DNA of 64,000 nt, taken from positions 385,332 to 449,331 of the forward strand of contig JAHJTE010000001.1 of assembly GCA_018830005.1 (NCBI GenBank), given 5' to 3'. Numbering within the stretch: the first letter of the stretch is position 1; every line of letters begins with the position of its first letter. Source of the DNA: Candidatus Omnitrophota bacterium. GTDB lineage: Bacteria > Omnitrophota > Gorgyraeia > JAHJTE01. The notes beneath the pieces are model-generated. The model was not told the origin of the DNA and made no database searches. It saw nothing but the letters and a program-made list of their open reading frames with translations. Position numbers and translations under genes: made by a program. This document shows, piece by piece, positions 57,704-64,000 of this stretch.

Positions 57704-57704
57704 G

Positions 57705-57968
57705 ATGGCTATTATAGATAATACCAGAAATGCGGTTGTTAAGTTTTTAAAAGAGACCCTTAATGTAAAAGATGCGAAGGTGATTAAGGCGATAAAGGTT
57801 CCTGAGGGTTGGGAAGCTGAGGCAGAAGTATATGAGGAGAGTTCATTTATAAAGTCCCTTGGACTTCCAACTAGGGTACAGGATAGGAATATCTACGCTG
57901 TTAAACTGAACGATACTTTAGAAGTCTTATCCTACGAACGCAAAGGGCAAGCAAGGTTAACCGAGTAA
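57705..57968 (+). CDS. small gas-vesicle-cluster accessory protein (GvpW/GvpO-like position), 87 aa
   Basis: Start set at the ATG after GGAGG, avoiding overlap with gvpG. Conserved position between gvpG and the next gvpF/L. Family assignment is uncertain. Confidence 0.4.
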   Translation: MAIIDNTRNAVVKFLKETLNVKDAKVIKAIKVPEGWEAEAEVYEESSFIKSLGLPTRVQDRNIYAVKLNDTLEVLSYERKGQARLTE

Positions 57969-57988
57969 TCTATTAAGGTGCAAAAAAT

Positions 57989-58855
57989 ATGGAAGTAGGA
58001 GAGAAAGGCCTTATTTATTTATATTGTGTTGCAGGAAAAGTGCCAAAACTAAAAGAAGTAGAGAATTTAGTTGATAGCCTTTATTTTGTTTATCACCGGG
58101 GTCTTTATGCAATAATCAGCAAAGTCAAAGAAAGGGAATTTAGTGAAGAGAATCTGAAGAAGAATTTGGCTGATTTAGAGTGGATTAAGGCAAAAGCAAG
58201 TATTCATGAAAAGATAATAGAAGGAGTTATGACAAAATCTAGCGTAATTCCTTTTAAGTTTGCAACTTTATTTAATACTATGGACAACCTTAAAATAATG
58301 CTTGATGAGCATGCCGAAAAGCTTAGCACGAATTTAAAGAACTTAGCTGACAAAGAGGAATGGGGGGTTAAGATTTACTGTGATATAGAAAAGTTAAAGG
58401 AAAATTTCATTCGGGAAGATAAAGAGATTTTAAACATAGATAAAGAAATCAATGGTTCGACTACGCTCACCATTGACCCTGAGCGAAGTCGAAGGGCCAA
58501 TTCTGTTGGGCCGGGTAAGGCATATCTTTTAAAGAAGAAAAAGGAAGAGTTGATAAAGGATAAAATAAATAACAGGATTAATAAATATAGCCAAGATAGT
58601 TTTCAGATACTAAAGAAGCTTTGCGTTGATGTGCGGATAAACAGGCTGTTGCCGAAAGAAGTGAGCGAAAGAAAAGAGGATATGATTTTAAATTCAGCCT
58701 TTTTAGTTGATAAAAGTAATGTTGCAAAATTTGCTAAGGTGATAAATATTCTCAAGAAACAATATGAGCAGCAAGGTCTTAATTTTGATTGCACAGGCCC
58801 CTGGCCGCCTTACAATTTCTGTGGTCTCTTAAAAGAAAAGATACACAATGGATAG
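57989..58855 (+). CDS. gas vesicle protein GvpF/GvpL family, paralog 4
   Basis: 'GLIYLYCVAG...IHEKIIEGVMTKSSVIPFKFATLF...CTGPWPPYNF'. Confidence 0.75.
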   Translation: MEVGEKGLIYLYCVAGKVPKLKEVENLVDSLYFVYHRGLYAIISKVKEREFSEENLKKNLADLEWIKAKASIHEKIIEGVMTKSSVIPFKFATLFNTMDNLKIMLDEHAEKLSTNLKNLADKEEWGVKIYCDIEKLKENFIREDKEILNIDKEINGSTTLTIDPERSRRANSVGPGKAYLLKKKKEELIKDKINNRINKYSQDSFQILKKLCVDVRINRLLPKEVSERKEDMILNSAFLVDKSNVAKFAKVINILKKQYEQQGLNFDCTGPWPPYNFCGLLKEKIHNG

Positions 58856-59099
58856 ACAAATTAAAACCCTGCAGGATAAAAATAGTTATTTGGATTTTCG
58901 TAAACAGGAAAGGGTCACGCTTTTAGAAATCCTGGATAGGGCTTTAGATAAAGGCGTAGTTATCTCAGGGGATATAGTTATTTCGGTAGCTGATGTAGAC
59001 CTTGTATATTTAGGATTAAAGGTCCTGCTTAGCTCAGTAGAGACGATGGAGCGATTAAGGGGTGCTCCTATGGCTGGTGCACAAGAGGAGCCAACTTAA
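58848..59099 (+). CDS. gvpJ: GvpA/GvpJ-family protein (GvpJ-like)
   Basis: 'LLEILDRALDKGVVISGDIVISVADVDLVYLGLKVLLSSVETMERL', the GvpA-fold core. 83 aa. Confidence 0.8.
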   Translation: MDRQIKTLQDKNSYLDFRKQERVTLLEILDRALDKGVVISGDIVISVADVDLVYLGLKVLLSSVETMERLRGAPMAGAQEEPT

Positions 59100-59101
59100 G
59101 G

Positions 59102-59983
59102 ATGAAAATATATGCCTATGGCATAATAGATTCTAATCCAGAAGAGATAGTTCTTCCTATACCTTTTAAGGAAGGGACTAATAGCGGGATGGACGAATCC
59201 TTAAGGGAGTTAGGCGAGGCCCCTGTCTATAATATCCCTTATCGTGATATCGCAGTAATAGTAAGTGAACTTAATGAGGAGGCGAAAGAAATAACCGATA
59301 CCTATATTTTAGAACACGAAAGAATTGTAGAAAGATTGATGGAAGGCTTCACAGTTTTACCAATGAGATTTTTAACAGTCTTCAATACCAAGAAGGACCT
59401 TCTTTCTATGGCAGAATTCTACTATGAAGATTTTAAAGACAATTTGGCAAGACTGCATAACAAAGTAGAATTCGGTATGAAAGTCATCTGGCCAGCAGAT
59501 ACCATAAAGCAGAGGATAGTTGATGTTTATCATAAAACTAAACATAATCCAGAAAGGATAGGCCTTCCCGATCTTCTTAAGGAAGGGCCTAATGTATCTA
59601 TATCTACAGAGTCTCCCGCAAAAACTTTTGTAAAAGAGAAGTTCCAGGAGCATATAATAGAAAAGGAATTTCAAGAGGAAGCCAATAGGTGCATTCAAGT
59701 GGTGGACGACTATTTTAACAGAATCGCTTGCGAAAAGAAGCTCAAGAGACTACAAACCGAGAATCTCCTTTTAAATTCCAGTTATCTGGTTGAGAAACAA
59801 AGACAAAATGATTTTAAGCAGGCATTTGAACAATTAAAGAATACACCCGGCGACCTTAAATTCTTGTTTAGTGGGCCCTGGCCTTGTTATAATTTTGTTA
59901 CTTTGACTAAAAAGCCTTCCTCGGTTGATTATTTTAATACTGAAGATATGTTAGGTAGATTACTTAAAACACAGGATTTGTAA
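59102..59983 (+). CDS. gas vesicle protein GvpF/GvpL family, paralog 5
   Basis: 'KIYAYGIID...ILEHERIVERLMEGFTVLPMRFLTVF...FSGPWPCYNF'. Confidence 0.75.
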   Translation: MKIYAYGIIDSNPEEIVLPIPFKEGTNSGMDESLRELGEAPVYNIPYRDIAVIVSELNEEAKEITDTYILEHERIVERLMEGFTVLPMRFLTVFNTKKDLLSMAEFYYEDFKDNLARLHNKVEFGMKVIWPADTIKQRIVDVYHKTKHNPERIGLPDLLKEGPNVSISTESPAKTFVKEKFQEHIIEKEFQEEANRCIQVVDDYFNRIACEKKLKRLQTENLLLNSSYLVEKQRQNDFKQAFEQLKNTPGDLKFLFSGPWPCYNFVTLTKKPSSVDYFNTEDMLGRLLKTQDL

Positions 59984-59984
59984 T

Positions 59985-60326
59985 ATGACAATGGAGAGAA
60001 TAATTGAAACAGATTCTGAAAGTGCGTTTATCGAAGAGATAGAGAAAGTTCAAGATGTGCTTCCTAAAAGGATTGATGCTAATTCTAAAAATGTAGAGAA
60101 GGGATTGGCAAAATTAGTCCTTACGCTTGTAGAATTAATTAGGAAGTTGCTTGAAAAACAGGCAATGAGAAGAATAGAAGGCGGTTCTCTTAGTGAGGAA
60201 GAAATCGAAGGAATCGGTGAGACGTTGATGAAGTTAGAAAATAAGATGAAAGAGCTAAAAGAGATTTTCGGACTTAAAGATGAAGAGTTAAATCTAAACT
60301 TGGGCCCATTAGGAGATCTGATGTAA
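59985..60326 (+). CDS. gvpK: gas vesicle protein GvpK
   Basis: 'GLAKLVLTLVELIRKLLEKQAMRRIEGGSLSEEEIEGIGETLMKLE' matches the GvpK family. 113 aa. Confidence 0.8.
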   Translation: MTMERIIETDSESAFIEEIEKVQDVLPKRIDANSKNVEKGLAKLVLTLVELIRKLLEKQAMRRIEGGSLSEEEIEGIGETLMKLENKMKELKEIFGLKDEELNLNLGPLGDLM

Positions 60327-60403
60327 ATGAGGCCATGACTTATGGAGCGAAGCGACATAAGTCATAAGGCCGAATTTATCCCGAGCGAAGCGAGGGATCT
60401 CAA

Positions 60404-60679
60404 ATGAGAGTCGATATGCATAAAGAAGAAACCAAAATAAGCTGTTTAGCATTTCAAAGACAGGAAGCGATAATTAGAGATTTTACAGATAAAATCAATG
60501 CGGTAAAAGTAGTACAGGAGAAAGCACGATTTGCCGAAGAGATACGGAAGGAAGTTGATGTGCTTCTTTCCTGCGCCGGTTATAAAAAAGAAAGTTTAGA
60601 TTGTAAGAACTGTCATTTCATTGCGAATTTGCGTAAAAAGACGGCGGATATAATTATAAAAGTGAAAAAACTAGCGTAA
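60404..60679 (+). CDS. hypothetical small Cys-containing protein in the gvp cluster
   Basis: 91 aa containing 'CAGYKKESLDCKNCHF'. No family recognised. Confidence 0.35.
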   Translation: MRVDMHKEETKISCLAFQRQEAIIRDFTDKINAVKVVQEKARFAEEIRKEVDVLLSCAGYKKESLDCKNCHFIANLRKKTADIIIKVKKLA

Positions 60680-60698
60680 AACGAAAGGAGAATAAGTT

Positions 60699-60998
60699 AT
60701 GGCTACTCCAAAGATGATGCATGCTACCGAGGCTACTAATCTCGCGGATATCTTAGAGAGGGTGTTGGATAAAGGCATAGTAATTGCCGGAGATATTAAG
60801 ATTCAACTTGCAGACATTGACCTTCTCAATATTAAGATAAGGCTCTTGGTTGCCTCTGTAGATAAGGCTATGGAGATGGGTATAAATTGGTGGCAACAGG
60901 ATTCTTACTTATCTTCAAAAGCAAAAGAAGAAGAGATTGGGAAAGAGAATAAAACCTTGAGGAAAAGATTAGAGCGCTTAGAAGCCAAGGTAAAATAA
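60699..60998 (+). CDS. GvpA/GvpJ/GvpM-family protein, third GvpA-fold paralog
   Basis: 'LADILERVLDKGIVIAGDIKIQLADIDLLNIKIRLLVASVDKAMEMGINWW'. 99 aa. Confidence 0.75.
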   Translation: MATPKMMHATEATNLADILERVLDKGIVIAGDIKIQLADIDLLNIKIRLLVASVDKAMEMGINWWQQDSYLSSKAKEEEIGKENKTLRKRLERLEAKVK

Positions 60999-61011
60999 AA
61001 GAAACTGGCAT

Positions 61012-61692
61012 ATGAGAACTCTTATCTATGTTCCTATTATACATACAAGCGCAGATCTCGGCTCTTTAGCCAAGGCTGTAGCTAAGCGAGGTATTGCTGA
61101 TTTAGGGCAAGAGCTTTGGAAAGAGCATAGAAAGACAGTGGATGGATTTTGGGATTGCCTATCAGTTTATTTCTTTCTTTTAGATGTACGTGGAATGAAA
61201 ATATATCAGGATGGAATGGTAGCAGAAGGTGAGGTGGGTGAGAAAATAGTTGAAGAAGGCCTAAAATCAGGAAGTAAAAATTATGAGATAGTTTCAAAGC
61301 TCCTTAAAAAGGGAGCTTTTTTAATTAAGACAGAAGATTTTGAACTCGTTAAGAAAGAGCGCGATAGGTTAGTTGTCATAACGCAGGCCAAGTCTATATT
61401 TAAGAAATTAATCGCAGTTATAAAATATAAATTAACCAAAAATAAGCTTTTAAGCAAAAGAGATAAATTTATTGCCAAAAGAATCGATGAAACCTTAGCT
61501 CATGGTGAAAAAGGCATTCTTTTTATTGGTGCTTTTCACAATATCAAGAAAAGATTACCCAAGAATATTCTCATTAGGGAAATAAAAGATACGGAAAAGG
61601 TTAAAGAATATCAGAAGTTACTTCCTTTCTACAATAAGCATAAACAGCGATTTGAAGAATTAGGCAGATACCTTATTTCTCCAATAAGTTAA
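61012..61692 (+). CDS. hypothetical protein
   Basis: 226 aa ORF immediately downstream of the gvp genes. No motif recognised. Confidence 0.35.
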   Translation: MRTLIYVPIIHTSADLGSLAKAVAKRGIADLGQELWKEHRKTVDGFWDCLSVYFFLLDVRGMKIYQDGMVAEGEVGEKIVEEGLKSGSKNYEIVSKLLKKGAFLIKTEDFELVKKERDRLVVITQAKSIFKKLIAVIKYKLTKNKLLSKRDKFIAKRIDETLAHGEKGILFIGAFHNIKKRLPKNILIREIKDTEKVKEYQKLLPFYNKHKQRFEELGRYLISPIS

Positions 61693-61693
61693 A

Positions 61694-62353
61694 ATGGAGG
61701 GGCAAATGAGAAAAATAAATTTAAATTCATTAGTTAGACCCAAGTTCCTTTGGATCAGCATTATTGTTCTTTTATTAGTTACGAGCACTATATTTTATAT
61801 CCTTGAAGAAAAGCAAAAGGCACTAAGAGTATTGACACAAAAACAATTAGCCAAAACTGTTGAAGAAAAAGATATAATCCAGAGAGATCTTAGAGAGACA
61901 AGCAAAGCAAAAAGAAGAGTAGAAGAAGAGTTGAAAGAAAAAAAATACCAAATTAAACTTACTTTAGATAGACTGGAAAAAGAGATAAATGTTAGGCGTC
62001 AAGCAGAAGGTCAGTTGATTGTAGTTTTAAGAGAAAAATGGGCTTTACAGGATGAGTTGAGTAAATTTACTAGGAAGCCAAAGACTATTGGGTTAGAAAG
62101 AATTATTGTCAGTGCTGCACCTGTATTAGTTGGGAAAGTCTTAGCAGTGGAAAAAGAGCATAGATTTGTTGTAGTAAATTTAGGTAAAGAGAATAATATA
62201 AAGTTAGGTGATATTTTATCAGTTTATCGAAAAGGTGAATTCATTGGGAGGGTGCAGATAGAAAAGGTAAAAGAAGAAATTTCTACAGCGAGTATTTTAC
62301 CCGAGTGGCAGGATCTAGAATTTAAAGAAAATGATGAGGTAAGAAAAATATGA
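61694..62353 (+). CDS. membrane-anchored coiled-coil protein with a C-terminal beta-rich domain
   Basis: N-terminal transmembrane segment, a coiled-coil centre, and C-terminal 'VLVGKVLAVEKEHRFVVVNLGKENNIKLGDILSVYRKGEFIGRVQIEKV' (FlgA/SAF-like pattern). Confidence 0.4.
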   Translation: MEGQMRKINLNSLVRPKFLWISIIVLLLVTSTIFYILEEKQKALRVLTQKQLAKTVEEKDIIQRDLRETSKAKRRVEEELKEKKYQIKLTLDRLEKEINVRRQAEGQLIVVLREKWALQDELSKFTRKPKTIGLERIIVSAAPVLVGKVLAVEKEHRFVVVNLGKENNIKLGDILSVYRKGEFIGRVQIEKVKEEISTASILPEWQDLEFKENDEVRKI

Positions 62354-62376
62354 GATGAAAGTTAAGGAGGAAGGCG

Positions 62377-63738
62377 ATGAAGACAATTTTTAAATCACAA
62401 GCTGCCATTAGTCCTTTTTGGATAATCTTATTATTTGGCTTTGCACTTATTAATCAGGCTATAGCGCAGGAGCCGCCAGAAAAATCTCTACTCACAGCAA
62501 CTAAAGAAGTTAAAGATAGTACAAGAATAGTAATTTCAACTTCTGGCCCTGTTAAATTTACTTCTTATTGGCTAGACAATCCGTATAGAGTGGTAATTAA
62601 ATTTCAATCAAAGAATGTTATAAGTAAAATAGACAATGAAGTCCTTTTGAATTTAGGCATAATAAAGAAGATTAGCAGCAGTTATTTTGGTAGAGGACAA
62701 AATAGACCTCTTAAATCATTAACCTTTGAGCTCAATCAGAAGGTACCATATAGAATATGGCAAGAATATGATGCTATTCTATTAGTTATTCAAGCACCTT
62801 TAGAGACATCTAAATTTTTACCGGGCGAAAAAGAACTTTTTATAGGAAATGAAGTTAGTGATGTAATGATTAAAAGATTAGAGGCAATGGATATGGCACT
62901 TACGCAAGTAGTGGGAGGGCAAGGACTTTTAGAAGTTTCTGAGGCAGAGATTGCCAAAGATGCTAGAGGAGAGATTGATGAAGCTAAAATAGAGACCACA
63001 TTGTCTAAGACTAAAGCTCTTTCAGTAGCAAATTATCTTGGGGTAAGAAAAAGTATGATGGGTATAGTAGCATGGTTTACAGGATTAGTTTTAGTTTCAG
63101 GCTTAGGATTTCTAGTCTGGCGTAGGTTTAAATCAAGTAAGGATAAAGAGCACAATAAACTTGAGTCAGAATTGCAAGAGAAAAATAAACGACTAGAGCA
63201 GGAAGAAATTATTCGTAAGGCAATGGCAAAAGCAGCGTTAGAAAAGGAAAAAGAAATTCAACAGCTTAAGAATTCCTTCGGATCAGTAAAAGATGAACTT
63301 ATTAAAAAGAAACTGGTGAAGAGGGAAATGTCTCCTGAGGAAAAAGAAAGGCCCTGGGTTCGCGGGAAATCACAAGAAAGACGCGCCTCTGCTCATTTGT
63401 CTCTAACAAAAGATTTTAATAAGACTATAATTTTAAGAATCGAATCTCAAAATTTACCACAGAGCATAAAATCTTTTGCCAAAGATATTAGTTCGGGAGG
63501 GTTATGCTTCGAGACAACAAAAGAGTTCGAGGAAAAAGGGCCAATTAATTTTAGGTTATTTTTTTATGGAGATCAGATTCCTATGATAAAGATCCAAGCA
63601 CACATTAGATGGAAAAAGAAAGAGGACTCAATTAATTATTACGGGGTCAACTTTGATTTGATAGAGGAGAAGGATAAGTTAGAGTTAGAACATTATATTG
63701 ATAGCAAACTAGGTAAGGCTACGATCTCTGAACTATAA
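62377..63738 (+). CDS. AMIN domain, transmembrane coiled-coil and C-terminal PilZ-domain protein
   Basis: Signal peptide. AMIN-like 'TRIVISTSGPVKFTSYWLDNPYRVVIKF'. Transmembrane segment 'IVAWFTGLVLVSGLGFLVW' and a coiled coil. C-terminal PilZ 'DISSGGLCFE'. 453 aa. Confidence 0.55.
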   Translation: MKTIFKSQAAISPFWIILLFGFALINQAIAQEPPEKSLLTATKEVKDSTRIVISTSGPVKFTSYWLDNPYRVVIKFQSKNVISKIDNEVLLNLGIIKKISSSYFGRGQNRPLKSLTFELNQKVPYRIWQEYDAILLVIQAPLETSKFLPGEKELFIGNEVSDVMIKRLEAMDMALTQVVGGQGLLEVSEAEIAKDARGEIDEAKIETTLSKTKALSVANYLGVRKSMMGIVAWFTGLVLVSGLGFLVWRRFKSSKDKEHNKLESELQEKNKRLEQEEIIRKAMAKAALEKEKEIQQLKNSFGSVKDELIKKKLVKREMSPEEKERPWVRGKSQERRASAHLSLTKDFNKTIILRIESQNLPQSIKSFAKDISSGGLCFETTKEFEEKGPINFRLFFYGDQIPMIKIQAHIRWKKKEDSINYYGVNFDLIEEKDKLELEHYIDSKLGKATISEL

Positions 63739-63757
63739 AGATTTACAAAAGCGTTTG

Positions 63758-64000
63758 ATGCAAAGCGTAGAAAGTAGAATCCGTGCATTACTAGCCCAGC
63801 AACTCGATACCTCAATAGAGAAAATTACGCCTGAGGCATCATTTGTAGATGATTTAGGTATAGAGTCTTTAGAAACTATCCAAATCGTAATGGCACTTGA
63901 GGAAGAGTTTAATATTGAAATTCCTGATGAAGACTCTGAACAGATGAGCAAGGTTAGGGATTTAGTTGAATATCTAGTGCACAAATTAAATAATAGTAAT
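63758..64000 (+). CDS. acpP: acyl carrier protein, 3'-truncated by the window edge
   Basis: 'FVDDLGIESLETIQIVMALEEEFNIEIPDE' is the ACP phosphopantetheine-attachment signature (Ser in DLGIESL). No stop codon before the window ends. Confidence 0.7.
   Translation, partial: MQSVESRIRALLAQQLDTSIEKITPEASFVDDLGIESLETIQIVMALEEEFNIEIPDEDSEQMSKVRDLVEYLVHKLNNSN

Noticed and set aside
57606-57704. Track start at 57606 for the small gvp accessory ORF
   Set aside because: It would overlap nearly half of gvpG in another frame. The ATG at 57705, preceded by GGAGG, gives an 87-aa protein starting right after the gvpG stop.

Overview
This window appears to come from a low-GC bacterium (roughly 35-40% GC, σ54-rich; no lineage is claimed), and almost all genes lie on the + strand. 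I see five blocks. (1) 1-8800: housekeeping genes (queC-queE-queF, two-subunit class I fumarate hydratase, rph, rdgB, two AsmA-family membrane proteins) plus tRNA-Pro, a tRNA-Arg(UCU) split by a ~234-nt group I intron in the anticodon loop, and tRNA-His. (2) 8866-15000: directly after the 3' end of tRNA-His, an integron-like array of four cargo-gene cassettes separated by a conserved ~350-bp structured repeat (three full copies) and a ~60-bp tail motif (four copies). The cargo genes are higher in GC than their surroundings. The array ends at a large serine recombinase, a DUF2924 protein and an excisionase-type HTH gene. (3) 17672-27668: a defence island with a PLD-nuclease/SNF2-helicase fusion, a ~1100-aa Eco57I/PglX-type N6-adenine methyltransferase, an ABC/SMC-like ATPase with a coiled-coil insert, a Cas4-like PD-(D/E)XK nuclease and an SNase-like nuclease. 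It resembles DISARM but lacks DrmA and DrmB. A phage-like packaging module (ParB-methyltransferase fusion, small and large terminase subunits, XRE repressor) follows, with no capsid genes. (4) 35500-45900: rpoN, a MerR-GAF-PAS sensor, PilZ proteins (one frameshifted), and a histidine kinase / response regulator / NtrC-type σ54 activator module. (5) 46015-61000: a large gas-vesicle cluster with gvpA, three paralogous GvpC-like coiled-coil proteins (one with four 33-residue repeats), gvpN, five GvpF/L paralogs, gvpG, gvpK and two extra GvpA/J-family genes. Embedded in it is a chaperone set (CDC48-like double AAA+ ATPase, ArsA/GET3-like ATPase, Hsp20, two DnaJ-type CxxCxGxG zinc-finger proteins, an AbrB-type regulator) and several recurring intergenic repeat elements. 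The window ends with an AMIN-PilZ protein and a partial ACP gene. All calls rest on motifs read by eye; no database searches were run.
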